Part shown: in pieces, positions 37,564-48,400 of the stretch
Position numbering within the stretch: position 1 is the first letter of the stretch
How the letters are laid out: each line of letters begins with the position of its first letter
IMG/VR virus record: IMGVR_UViG_3300043774_000645
DNA length: 64,000 nt
Source: an uncultured virus (IMG/VR IMGVR_UViG_3300043774_000645)
Taxonomy: Duplodnaviria; Heunggongvirae; Uroviricota; Caudoviricetes
Direction: 5' to 3' (one strand)
Made by a program: the position numbers and the translations under genes
Notes under the pieces: generated by a model
Seen by the model: the letters and a program-made list of their open reading frames with translations, nothing else
The model's database searches: none
What the model was told of the DNA's origin: nothing

Positions 37564-37700
37564 CTGCCCTCCCTACTGTCTTGCGGTGGATGATAAAATT
37601 TTCTATCCCCACAGCCAATACAATATGTCTCAATATGGTTTTCAGATGTGTGTTGCCTATCAATGAATATTTTTCCATTGCATCTTTTACAAACATTCAT
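37509..37700 (-). CDS. Zinc-ribbon hypothetical protein
   Basis: CKRC...CIGCG. Confidence 0.65.
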   Translation of the reverse strand: MNVCKRCNGKIFIDRQHTSENHIETYCIGCGDRKFYHPPQDSREGRWLLLKEKYRAKNTITKL

Positions 37701-38141
37701 TTAGTTTGGTATGCCGATAATTATTAAATGAACTGCTAAAGAAAGATCTCCAGATGCTCCGTATCTTACTATTCCTTCAACCTTACTTGTTGTTACAGCC
37801 TTTAAAATTACTGTTACGTTTTGTCCCGCTGGTGTTCCACCAATGTTGTATGGAGTTGCTGAAACAATTGGTGAATATTTAAAATCATCAAATGTAAATG
37901 AAAAAGAAACTTCTGATGCTGCAGTAACTGTAGTATTATTTGCTACTTGAACATATCCACCAACAATTTTAGTTTCTGAGGTTTTTACACTTTGTTGTCC
38001 AGAAACCCCATTATTAATAGTAGAGTAGTTGTATGTAGCAGAAGAAATTTGCGTTGACAAATCATTAACCGTTTCTGCTAGTTGATAGATGTATGTTACA
38101 TCTAGTGGTTGCCCTCTTTCGGGTAGTGGTATTTTTGCCAT
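37701..38141 (-). CDS. Putative minor tail/virion protein
   Basis: Beta-rich; end of tail module; SD AGGAGG. Confidence 0.55.
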   Translation of the reverse strand: MAKIPLPERGQPLDVTYIYQLAETVNDLSTQISSATYNYSTINNGVSGQQSVKTSETKIVGGYVQVANNTTVTAASEVSFSFTFDDFKYSPIVSATPYNIGGTPAGQNVTVILKAVTTSKVEGIVRYGASGDLSLAVHLIIIGIPN

Positions 38142-38159
38142 TATCTTCCTCCTATAACA

Positions 38160-38660
38160 TTATATCGTATGTGGACCATCTGTGTATACCTTTAAAAAAT
38201 CTGAATCTCTGCTAATTGGATTACCTCGTAAATATATTTCAGTAGTAAGTCTGTTTGGTTGTGATGCTTGTACTATTCCATTAATTGTGTACGTACTAGG
38301 AACTGGAAAAGAAATACTGTTTCCTTGTATTCTTTGTAGATATATCCAATCTCCTCCATCGTTTCTATCATATTTTACCCAAACATCATATTCACTAGCT
38401 TGTCTTATTTCGTTACCGCTTTTAAGAATACTCACTGCATCCCATGCCTGTTGAGCAATTGATCCATTTTTATTAAAACTTATATTATTAGACACAAAGG
38501 TATAATTTGGCTGTATTAAAAATGTTGGGGACCAATGAGAAGTTCTATTTTTGTCTTCAGATACTATTCTGTATCTTACGTTATATCCTTCTATTGAAGA
38601 ATCAATTGACGGAAGATCGGCATTTAATATTGTTGCTTTTTTAATTCCTATGTCTGCCAT
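38160..38660 (-). CDS. Putative minor tail protein
   Basis: Tail-module position; YNVRYRIVSED..SHWS. Confidence 0.55.
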   Translation of the reverse strand: MADIGIKKATILNADLPSIDSSIEGYNVRYRIVSEDKNRTSHWSPTFLIQPNYTFVSNNISFNKNGSIAQQAWDAVSILKSGNEIRQASEYDVWVKYDRNDGGDWIYLQRIQGNSISFPVPSTYTINGIVQASQPNRLTTEIYLRGNPISRDSDFLKVYTDGPHTI

Positions 38661-40006
38661 TACGAAACACCTATTGAAAATCTAAACTCAACATAATTTG
38701 CAGTATTAGGAGATTTTACAATTGTAGTCTCATCATTATTTTTAATTACTGAGTATCCAGTTAAACCATAGAGTGCATTTACAGTAGAAACATTTTCTAT
38801 TCTCATTGCATCTAAAGCAACATAATAGTTTCCTGATACTGCGTTACTGACTATGGCGCTTGCATAAACCTTAATAACAGATACTGCATTCCAATTAAAA
38901 CCAGCTGTTGTGTATAGCTCTTGTAGTTTTTTAGTAACTACATGATATCTATTGTTGTCAAAATCATATTGTCCTGTACCAACTCCTTTGACCATATCTA
39001 CCTCAAACCTTGCGCTCTCTCCAGAGCCTGATGTATCTGATGATGAAAACTCAACCAAAACTCTAACTTTATCGGGAGATGAGCCAGTTGTTCCATTTTT
39101 GTTTACTACAGACAAAGCAAGTTTAAGTTCATCTGTTGGTGAATTTTTTGTAAAATCTACCTGTGTTCCAGTTAAATGAATATGGTTTGATCCACTTTCA
39201 ATATAAAAATGTGTTACAGTTGTTGATCCTCCAGATACGTAAGTTCCAACTTGACTACTTAAAAGTGTAAACTTTGTTGTGGTTGGTATAGTAGATACAA
39301 CTCCAGTTATGTTGTAGTTATTTGGATTAATTCCTGTTACTGTTACGCTATCTCCTATTGTTAAATTGTGTGCTTTTGATGTTGTGTACTCAATTCTTGT
39401 ACCGTTCCCAGATGCAGCAGTTATTGAAACATCTTTTGTTAGGTTTGCATCATTTCCACGTATCATAATCATGTTATTTAAAAATCTTGATCTTTCGTAT
39501 ATGTTTGCTCTAGATTGTTTATAAAAAATACTGTTATCTGAGTTTGTCTGAAATACTGCATTTGAAGTTGCAATAACATTATCATTAAGTGGAGAGTCTA
39601 AAGCTTCAACAATTGGTAATCCTATTGATGTAGTCGTAGTTGATGTATGGTGTTGCCAATTTTCTGTTTCACTAAAAGCTAAAATTGTTTTACTGTCATA
39701 CGATCCTGCTGCAGAATTAATTCCAGCAGAATATATTCCAATTTCAGATATTTCATATCTTTCTTCTGTAGGCAATTCTGCGGTTAAAACAAGCTTTGAT
39801 GTTCCGTTTTCATTAACAAACCCCCTAGAAGAAATAGGAACCCTAAACATTTCAAAGTCAAGAGAAACTTTTTCAGAATAGTCATCATATTCGTCTACGT
39901 TTGAAAGTGGCTTTGGTCCACAGCCAACGGCAATATAAGACGCAAAAGCGGGTGCCTGACCTAAAAGGTACTTAGCAATAATGTTTTTTCCAGTATTAGT
40001 TATCAA
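38660..40006 (-). CDS. Putative tail tip/fibre-associated protein
   Basis: MITNTGK...YIAVG.G...ISEIGIY N-terminus typical of tail fibre/collar proteins; inserted beta domain (AHNLTIGDSVTVTG). Confidence 0.6.
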   Translation of the reverse strand: MITNTGKNIIAKYLLGQAPAFASYIAVGCGPKPLSNVDEYDDYSEKVSLDFEMFRVPISSRGFVNENGTSKLVLTAELPTEERYEISEIGIYSAGINSAAGSYDSKTILAFSETENWQHHTSTTTTSIGLPIVEALDSPLNDNVIATSNAVFQTNSDNSIFYKQSRANIYERSRFLNNMIMIRGNDANLTKDVSITAASGNGTRIEYTTSKAHNLTIGDSVTVTGINPNNYNITGVVSTIPTTTKFTLLSSQVGTYVSGGSTTVTHFYIESGSNHIHLTGTQVDFTKNSPTDELKLALSVVNKNGTTGSSPDKVRVLVEFSSSDTSGSGESARFEVDMVKGVGTGQYDFDNNRYHVVTKKLQELYTTAGFNWNAVSVIKVYASAIVSNAVSGNYYVALDAMRIENVSTVNALYGLTGYSVIKNNDETTIVKSPNTANYVEFRFSIGVS

Positions 40007-40503
40007 GAGGCTGATTCTCCAAATTCCGCTTCATATATTGTACCACTTACAATGATTTGAATTTCTATTTGATCGTCAATATTTAAGTTAATTGCTTCAA
40101 CCACAATATTCCCAAGTGAGTCCATGTATACGGGATTATTGTCTGATGAGTTTGTTAGTCTTGGAATCTTGTCTTCTAGTTTTATGGCAAACCCAGAAAA
40201 GTATAAGTTTGATGTTTTTTGAAGGCCAACTATATTGTTTGGATTGTATTGTTGATTAATTAAAGAAAGATTTTTGATAGGCTGATAAGATATATTTTGA
40301 CCATTAATAGTATCAAATCTTGCTATATTGATTAGTTCGTGACTACCTATATCTTCAAATATTAAATCTGTCATTACTTCAATTGGAACAGATGCATCGT
40401 CAAAAAGAATAATGTCTGGCGTTGCTACTTTAATTTTTTGACTTGGAGTTATTGGCGGTGTATAGCTTGGTACATTTGGTGTTGCTGAAACTTGTTCTGA
40501 CAT
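40003..40503 (-). CDS. Putative minor tail protein
   Basis: Tail-module position. Confidence 0.55.
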   Translation of the reverse strand: MSEQVSATPNVPSYTPPITPSQKIKVATPDIILFDDASVPIEVMTDLIFEDIGSHELINIARFDTINGQNISYQPIKNLSLINQQYNPNNIVGLQKTSNLYFSGFAIKLEDKIPRLTNSSDNNPVYMDSLGNIVVEAINLNIDDQIEIQIIVSGTIYEAEFGESAS

Positions 40504-40504
40504 T

Positions 40505-43500
40505 TTACACCTCACTCAAGTATATCGTCATTGATGGACCATTTGAATTTCTTTGATAGTCTATATTATATACAACAAATCTAGTTAAAGATGATGTAAC
40601 TATATCTATGTCGTTATTGTCTTTGTAGTCAACAGTAACAATGTCTCCAAGTTGAATAGTAGGAATAGCAAAAATATTTAAACCAATATATTTTTTAGGC
40701 TTTAATGATTTATTAATTATCCACCCAATTAGTTCTTGAGCATCGTCTTGTGTTTGAATATATGCAGCATCAAGACTAAATTCATTTTTTCCATAAGTTA
40801 ACCTGCTTAGCTTAATGTCGTTATATTTTTCTTGCTCTACTAATGGAGAATACAAAATTGTGTCTCCTTTAAATTCTGGATCAGATAAGTTTCCTCTTTT
40901 TTGAAAATACTCATCAACAGTTAATGTGTGTGTTGTGTCTTGTGTAAATGTAACACCTTGAATTCTTAAATAGTTTCCAGTTGTCTCGTCTAAGACTAAT
41001 GCCTTATCTGTAGCATTAAATATTAAAAATTCTGCACCATAAGAGTCTGCCTGAAAACCTGACACAGTGTATCCCTTAATTCTGTTAAATGTTGGTGATA
41101 GTTTAGCATAAAGTGCTGGGTAGGCACGATCATACTTTACATCAAAATATGCACACTCTCGTAATATTGTGCCAAATTCTTCAAAGTACATGTTGTATTT
41201 TGGAGGCTGTTGTGAACTTATTCCAGAAAGATAACTTGATTGAACAATTCCACTCATAGCATATTTTCTAAATGACTCATTTGCGCTAATTTGATTTTGT
41301 CCAAATATCTGTGATGATTTATCGGAAACAATAGAGACTGTATTCTGTGAGTAGTTTTGAGACATTGCATAAATATTTTCAAACATACATCTTGAGGATC
41401 CTCTTACGAATAAAGCCATATTGTTGTATATGGGAAGAGGATCTGTATCATCAACAATCTTTATTAATTGATTGTTTATGTATAGGTAGAATCTTCTTAT
41501 TGATCCAACTTCTTCATACTCTACTGATAAATCATATACCGTTGAATTTTCTTCGCCATTCATTCTGTATTGTCCAGTAAAGCGACCATCATCAACAATA
41601 ATGTTAGTTAGTCCTCCCCACAGTTTAACTGGTATTGCCTCTGATGTTAATGAATCTTTTTTAATTTTATAAAAAAGAACATTACTAATAGATATATCAG
41701 TTTCTCCATTTTTTAGATTTAAATAAGATTCAATGTTGCTTTCCGTAAGTGCAGCAATTTCAAAATAATACCCATTGTTTGTTTCTGGATTCAACATTAC
41801 TGCAATGCCTCCAGAACCTCCTCCAATTGCAACATCCTGACTTGGATTTGCGGTATTTACTTGGTAGTATGAGGTACTGCCTGTAGGAGTTTGAGCTCTC
41901 TTTTCACTGTTTTCAATTTTACCAACAATACGAACACGTGTTCCAAAATGTTTATAAGCGTTATCAAGATTTTTATAAACATAAGAAACAAAGTCTAGAG
42001 GTTTTTCTGTTGATGTAAATGATGGACCATTAATCACAAGAGCAGAAGATTGCACTGTTCCCGTCTGTGTTGATTTAAATAAATTAATCTCTGTTTCTGT
42101 TTTATTTGAAACAGCCATAAAGTTTTTAATTACTCCATTGCGAGTTGTTTGTTTTGCTTTTGTGTTATCAATACCAGCTTGACCTAAAGTTGTTGCTGGC
42201 AAACTTATTTCTTTTTCAGTTGTAAACAAATAATCTGATCTCATTGTGCAACCACGAACATAGTTATTGTCTGACCAATAACTTCCAATTCCTGATTCAT
42301 GTGTTGTAATTTTTGTTCCAAATTGTGCTCTTCCGTGAGATTGAACTGGACCATTTTTTAGCCTTGTTATTCCATCTACTGTTTCATAATATGGCTCTGC
42401 ATAAATTCTTACAAGACCTGTTGGATAAATTTTTCCATTAAATGGCAATGAAGAAAAATATCTTTGATACTCTTGGTTGTCGCTAATCCAAACATTTCCA
42501 GTACCAGTAACGTTAAACTCTACTGCATCATATTTAATTATTTCGCCATTAGAATAAAAGTATCCTTGATTTCTTGTAATCCAATAAACATTTTCACCAA
42601 CATCAATTATATTATTTGTCAATATATTGCTTACAACCAAAGGCTCAGAAGAAGCTATATCTGAATTAATTGGAACCGCACCAAGTACATAGTTTCCTTG
42701 TTTTGATGCAACCTCATTTATTGTTTTTGTGTTTTCAGTTCCTGCAACTTCCCATAGAAGTACTGGCTTATATATCCATGTTTTTTCTTGATCAATTAAA
42801 CTTGACTGTCTTATTGAGCCGTAAGATCTTTGTATATACCTTGTTGTATAATTTATTTTTCCATCGTTATAAACTTTTTTATCTTTTGATGAAATATCAA
42901 TAATGTTAGGAAGGTTTCCAGATGTCTGATTTTCAATAATTCCAGATTGGCTCTGATTATTATTACCAGAAAGCACAAAGTTTGTTTCTCTTGCATTTTC
43001 TGTTGGCATTAAATAGTCTTTGCTCATTACAATAAAGTTATTGTATTCATCAAAGAACATTGATGTTTGGGTTGAAGCTGCTAATTGATTTAAAACCTCA
43101 GCAACATTTTGATCTGGTCCAACAAAGAAATATGGAATTATTGGATCTTTTTCGTTAGTTATTCTTTTAAAAGAATAGTTGCTAAAGCCAACATAGTCAA
43201 GAAGAACTGTTATTGCATAACTAAGGGATGCATCCGTTAATAGTAATCTTGGGGCTGGCATAGACTCAAGATAAAAATAAAAATCACGCAAATCAATATT
43301 AACTATTGCTCCAGTGCTTTGCGGAATTCCTTCTGTGTACAGCGTTTTCATAGGAACATAATAGTCAAATCCATCTACATTAACAATGCTCTCAAGAAAA
43401 CTAAACTTTATATTTTTATTAATATATTTTGAAACTATGCTTAATGTATTTAAGTCATTGAATGATTGATCTTCGTCAAACAATGAAACAGATCCAGTTG

Positions 43501-44800
43501 AAGCAAGTAGTTGTCCAACTGGTAAACCAGTTGAAGAGATATCTGATAACATTTTTGTTATTTTATATTCACTAACTTTGTCTGAAATATTTGCAACAAG
43601 TCTTGGTGACATTTCAATAAGATCAAAAGTAGAATCAAACTTATTCATTGTTTCAACAACAATTCTAATTCCTTCAATGTATGCAAATTCTCTGTAGAAT
43701 GGCAAAGCATTTCCACCTACCATGTATTGTTGTGGGGAAGTAAAATCTGTAACAAAATTTGTATTTGTTTCTATTTCTTCTTTTCCAAGAATCCATCCAT
43801 AATTTGGAACAAATGTTTCATACTCTGAACCGTCCCAAATATGCAGAGTTCCAATTTCATCTTCATTTTCAATTACTAAGTAGCAGAATCCAGTTATTGA
43901 TATTTCTGGAAGTAAAATTGTTGATGATAATGTTTCTGCAAATACAAAACTATCTTTAAATTTTTCTGGGATTATCAATCCATATTGCAATTCAACATAA
44001 CCATCTGAATCAACAATAGGGCTTCCATCATCTCTTGTTGAGTTTTGATCAAAAGAATATGCATCAATCCAGTTATCACTGTTTAAATATTGAATCTTCC
44101 ATTTTCTTGGAGTTGTTTTGTTAGTGTCACCATATAGTGGATCCTCTAGTGCAGCAGATGATGTTTTAAATGGTCCAAGATTAACTGCTCCTACATTTGT
44201 TTGCATCTTAGCAACAATTCTATTTGCTGGAACCTTTTCTTTATAAACTACAAAAGGTACAGCATCATGTATAAAAAAGTTTGAATTTAGTATTTTATTT
44301 GAAATTCCATACTCATTACCAGACTCTGTTCTATATGAGGTCCAATACTTAAACTGATCATATCTTGATGGCATGTAATATCTTGGACGCTCTGCAAGTC
44401 TTGATCCAGAGTTTGCAAGATACTTTCCAGAAAAATAAACTGACTTGTTGATTCCAGATCTTGGTCTAAACTGTCCTAAGCAATCTTCTAATGAATAAAA
44501 TAATTTATTCTTTTCTTTAGTTGATAGAAACACTTGTGGAGTATCTGTGTTGGTAACTCCTCCATCAACAACAACATCTGACTCTAGTCCGCCAGTGTAA
44601 TAGTTTCCTATGTCAAGTCTGTCAAATGATTGTGGGAGATTTGAATAAATATCTCCAACTTCATTTAGTCTGTATCTATAGTTTCCAACTTTAAATATGT
44701 TATCTGGAATATTCATGTTCCATTCAGCAAGAACAAGAGATTTTAAATTTACAGTTGCAGATGTCTCTAAATAGTTCTTTAAGGTTTCATCAACAAACAC
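40505..44800 (-). CDS. Large tail-tip/hub protein
   Basis: 1431 aa after tape measure and Dit-like gene; LNQLA...MFFDEYN and C-terminal P.IQLGDIVTV hub-like motifs. Confidence 0.7.
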   Translation of the reverse strand: MFVDETLKNYLETSATVNLKSLVLAEWNMNIPDNIFKVGNYRYRLNEVGDIYSNLPQSFDRLDIGNYYTGGLESDVVVDGGVTNTDTPQVFLSTKEKNKLFYSLEDCLGQFRPRSGINKSVYFSGKYLANSGSRLAERPRYYMPSRYDQFKYWTSYRTESGNEYGISNKILNSNFFIHDAVPFVVYKEKVPANRIVAKMQTNVGAVNLGPFKTSSAALEDPLYGDTNKTTPRKWKIQYLNSDNWIDAYSFDQNSTRDDGSPIVDSDGYVELQYGLIIPEKFKDSFVFAETLSSTILLPEISITGFCYLVIENEDEIGTLHIWDGSEYETFVPNYGWILGKEEIETNTNFVTDFTSPQQYMVGGNALPFYREFAYIEGIRIVVETMNKFDSTFDLIEMSPRLVANISDKVSEYKITKMLSDISSTGLPVGQLLASTGSVSLFDEDQSFNDLNTLSIVSKYINKNIKFSFLESIVNVDGFDYYVPMKTLYTEGIPQSTGAIVNIDLRDFYFYLESMPAPRLLLTDASLSYAITVLLDYVGFSNYSFKRITNEKDPIIPYFFVGPDQNVAEVLNQLAASTQTSMFFDEYNNFIVMSKDYLMPTENARETNFVLSGNNNQSQSGIIENQTSGNLPNIIDISSKDKKVYNDGKINYTTRYIQRSYGSIRQSSLIDQEKTWIYKPVLLWEVAGTENTKTINEVASKQGNYVLGAVPINSDIASSEPLVVSNILTNNIIDVGENVYWITRNQGYFYSNGEIIKYDAVEFNVTGTGNVWISDNQEYQRYFSSLPFNGKIYPTGLVRIYAEPYYETVDGITRLKNGPVQSHGRAQFGTKITTHESGIGSYWSDNNYVRGCTMRSDYLFTTEKEISLPATTLGQAGIDNTKAKQTTRNGVIKNFMAVSNKTETEINLFKSTQTGTVQSSALVINGPSFTSTEKPLDFVSYVYKNLDNAYKHFGTRVRIVGKIENSEKRAQTPTGSTSYYQVNTANPSQDVAIGGGSGGIAVMLNPETNNGYYFEIAALTESNIESYLNLKNGETDISISNVLFYKIKKDSLTSEAIPVKLWGGLTNIIVDDGRFTGQYRMNGEENSTVYDLSVEYEEVGSIRRFYLYINNQLIKIVDDTDPLPIYNNMALFVRGSSRCMFENIYAMSQNYSQNTVSIVSDKSSQIFGQNQISANESFRKYAMSGIVQSSYLSGISSQQPPKYNMYFEEFGTILRECAYFDVKYDRAYPALYAKLSPTFNRIKGYTVSGFQADSYGAEFLIFNATDKALVLDETTGNYLRIQGVTFTQDTTHTLTVDEYFQKRGNLSDPEFKGDTILYSPLVEQEKYNDIKLSRLTYGKNEFSLDAAYIQTQDDAQELIGWIINKSLKPKKYIGLNIFAIPTIQLGDIVTVDYKDNNDIDIVTSSLTRFVVYNIDYQRNSNGPSMTIYLSEV

Positions 44801-44801
44801 A

Positions 44802-45455
44802 TTAAACCTCTTCTAAGCTTAAAGAAACATTCCAAAGATCAAAATTAGTCCCACCACGCTTTACTACGTTGTAACTAAAGTCTGAAAAATATACTTGAAC
44901 TATTTGATTATATTGTGCTAAGTGTCCAAAGGCTGCATCATCTTTTCCAAAATTAGAATATTTATCATATGCAAGGTACATCCAAAATGGACCTTTATGG
45001 TTTTCATACCAATCAAGTAATTCTACTCCACCTGCTCCACCATCTGAAGTAAACTCATTTATTGTATTTTTGTATGCTGATATTCCTTGTGCTCCAGCAG
45101 CTCCTTCTGTATTAAAGTTTGCAACTTCTGGATATGCTCTTGATGGTAAATTATTCCATGAGACTGACATTTTTAGTTTATCAGCAATATGATATGACCT
45201 CATGCGACCATTAATAGTTCTTTGCCTTTGCTCAATTCTTTCTTGCGTAAATGACATATCAGAGCGGTTATCATCTGATAATATTAAAAATTGATCAATT
45301 ACATTTTGGTCTGTGCCCCCTGGTAATTCTGCCCCGATTTCATACCCTGTGGGCACGTAGAGACCGTTTGTAAGAGTCCCAGCATTCTCTGACCAAAGGA
45401 TAGCCTGTGGTCTCTGATAGCGCTTTCTGCCTGTTATATAGGACGATGTAGCCAT
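44802..45455 (-). CDS. Putative distal tail protein
   Basis: Directly after tape measure; RTINGRMRS...WNVSLSLEEV. Confidence 0.6.
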   Translation of the reverse strand: MATSSYITGRKRYQRPQAILWSENAGTLTNGLYVPTGYEIGAELPGGTDQNVIDQFLILSDDNRSDMSFTQERIEQRQRTINGRMRSYHIADKLKMSVSWNNLPSRAYPEVANFNTEGAAGAQGISAYKNTINEFTSDGGAGGVELLDWYENHKGPFWMYLAYDKYSNFGKDDAAFGHLAQYNQIVQVYFSDFSYNVVKRGGTNFDLWNVSLSLEEV

Positions 45456-48400
45456 TAGTACCTTTGACTCCTAATTCTTTGATTATCAATATTTTTGATT
45501 TGTGTTATTACTGCCCTTGCAATTTCATCTGTGCTTGCATTGGAGTTTGAAACATTAACATTGATACCATAATTATACACTGAGCTAGAGGTATTTCCAG
45601 GTGAATCTGATTTATTGTTAAATGTTCCATTATTAATATCACGTAGATTGTCTACACCAAAATTATCAACAGCAAACTTCTTTACTACAAATTCTCCAGG
45701 GGTCAACATTGCTGGGATTGTATCTGTTCCACGTGCAAAACCACCTGCTGCCATATACTTAGGAATTAATCCACCCATAGATCTTTTTACTGGTGTTTTT
45801 GCTGCATATTGTGCTGCTGCTTGTGCTGCGTATCTCATTCCACTAACTTGTGCAGCAGTTAAAGGAGTAGGAGCAGGCGCTAGTTTTTTCACTTCATTAT
45901 TAGCATTAATTTTTTTCTGAATTTTTGCTGTTAGTTCTTTGAGGTTTGCTTCTCTTGCTTTAAGATCTTCAGATATTGGTGTTGGTGTGTCTGCAGTTGC
46001 TCCACCAACAACACTTGATGTACTTCCCGCTGCTCTTGCTTTTGCTACCTCATATAGTGCAATTGCAAGTTTTTCTGCACTACCTGTTTCAGCAAGCAAC
46101 TGGGTATTAAGTTCTATTCCTGCATCTTCTGCTAATTTTATTAAATCATCAAATTTTTCAAGTTCTTCTCTAGTTCTAGTGACATAACCTAGTGCTTCTT
46201 TATCTTTTTTAATTTTTCCTTCTGTTACAACAATTAAAGCTTCAGTTTTTCTTATGCTTTCTTCAATTACTATTTTTTGATTTTTTAAAGTTAACAGTGT
46301 TCCATTTTCAATTACACTAATTTGATATTGTAAATCTTTATTTTTTTGTTCAAGAGCATTTCTTCCCAGCGCACCAAGGGCTGAGTCACGGCCTGCAGTT
46401 AATGCATTTCTTTCTCCAGATATAGCAGATTCTGCTTGTTGTGCTCTTGCTTCTTGTACCGCAAATGCTGCAGCAGAGATGTCACCACGAGTAAGAGCAT
46501 CTGCAATAGACATTCTTTGTTTTTGAATATTGTTTATTTCTTGATTAATTGAAGCAATCTTATCTAAAGCAGCTATTTGTGTATCATATTTTTTATTTAT
46601 TACATCTTCTTGTCGTGCTACTGACTCAAGAGCAAAATTATTAGCAGCGATTTGTGCCTGTAGTGGATCAATTTGTTCTCTATTCTTTTTATCAATTTCA
46701 TCATTTATATTTTTAAGTTTTTCCTGTTGAACACTTAGCTCATCATTATCTTTTTTTAGCTCTGCAGAATATTTTATTTCTACTAATTTGTCACGAAGAT
46801 TTAATAATGCTAACTCATTAGATACAGAGTCTTTAAACTTTTCTTCTGGTGACATGTTTGCTTTGGCTGCTGCTGTTGATCCTTTTAGTGCTTTAGTATA
46901 TGCTTTAACGTCTTCAGTTAGTTGTTTTAATTTTTTACCTTTGCCATTAGCAATAACTAGTGCTGCAATTTCTGCATCATTAGATAATTCGGTTGCAGTT
47001 GTATTATCAATATTTGCATTACGTAAAATTTTATATGCTTTAGTTTGTTGTACAATTACAGCAGTTTTAGCTGCAAGAGCATTTAGTTTTCCTTTTTCAG
47101 AATCGCCACCTTTAATTTTTCCATTAGCATCTTCTGTATTATTGGCCTCTTCTTCAACTTTAATAAACTCTGCATATATTCTTTTGAGTCTAATCATTGC
47201 TGCTTCTCTTATAGAAAAATCATCAGATCCCAAATCTTTAAAAATGTTGCTGTCTGGTGAAACAATTCCACCACTAATTAATGTTAATCCCATCATTAAG
47301 TCTTTTGCTGATTTTAAATTTGTAATAAATTTTGTTGCATCAACACCCATTGATTTAAATATTTCAATTAGCGCAGCTTCTCTTGCTTTTTTCTCAAGAG
47401 TGGTTAGTGGTGCTACAATTGCATACATTGTTTCTTCAAATTTTGTTGCATCAATTAAGTTATTTGTAAACATTCCAGCAGCACTATCTGATACAGAAAT
47501 TATTGTATTTTGAAGATCTTTTAGTGCTTTTTCTTCTTCTTTTCTAGATCTTGCAGTTTGAATTTGGGTCCCACCAGTTAAGGGTGTTGTATCAATAATT
47601 AATGGTTTATTTACTTCTTTATTTACTTTATCAAAAAGTGTTTGAATATCTTTTTTAAGTTGATCAATAGAGGTTGGGTCAAGGGTTAAAGATTTAACTT
47701 CTAGTTTAACATCTGTTTTTTTAGCTTCTTCACGTAAAGAATCAACCAATATTTGTATTTGTGCATCAGCAAATCCTTTTGCTTTAAGGTCAAGGGCAAG
47801 AGACTTAAGCAGTATTATTGCTTGGCTAGCAGTAGAATTAGATAATGTTTTAATTGTTGACTCATAGTCTTTTTTAAAGTTAGAGTCTTGTTTAAATGCT
47901 TCTCTTTCTGTTCTTGTTTTTGTATCTACAGCTTCTAATCCCTGAAGTTGTCTTGGAAGTTTTAATGGTACAACACCAAAAAAATCACCAAGCATTTTTG
48001 TTTGTTCTGTTGTTGATCTTAGTGCGTTAGAAAAACCATCCATGTACTCAATTTCTTTTTTTCTTTTATCGTTATATATCATAAACAATGCTCCAGCAGC
48101 TGCAAGTGCGATGGCTGTTGGTCCTAAAGCAAATTTAAATTTCATAATCTGACTTACAATTTTTTGTCCAGTTAACAACTGTATGATAGATGATAAACCA
48201 AATATTAATCCAGAAAATTGCATTATTTTTTGAGAAATACTACCTAAAGCACCACCAGCCATTGATCCAGCTCCAGCTAAAGATGTTAATGCAAACGTTC
48301 CAGCCATAAAAGCAGAATTCATGGAATTAATTCTTTGTTGTGAAGTTTTTCTTGCTGCTACTTCAGCATTTATTGATTGTGTGGTTTTTGTTGAAATTAT

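Noticed and set aside
46788..47513. 241-aa plus-strand ORF, and similar ones at 49815-50324, 57225-57710 and 58163-58720
   Set aside because: Antisense to tape measure, capsid or scaffold genes; explained by codon bias on the coding strand.
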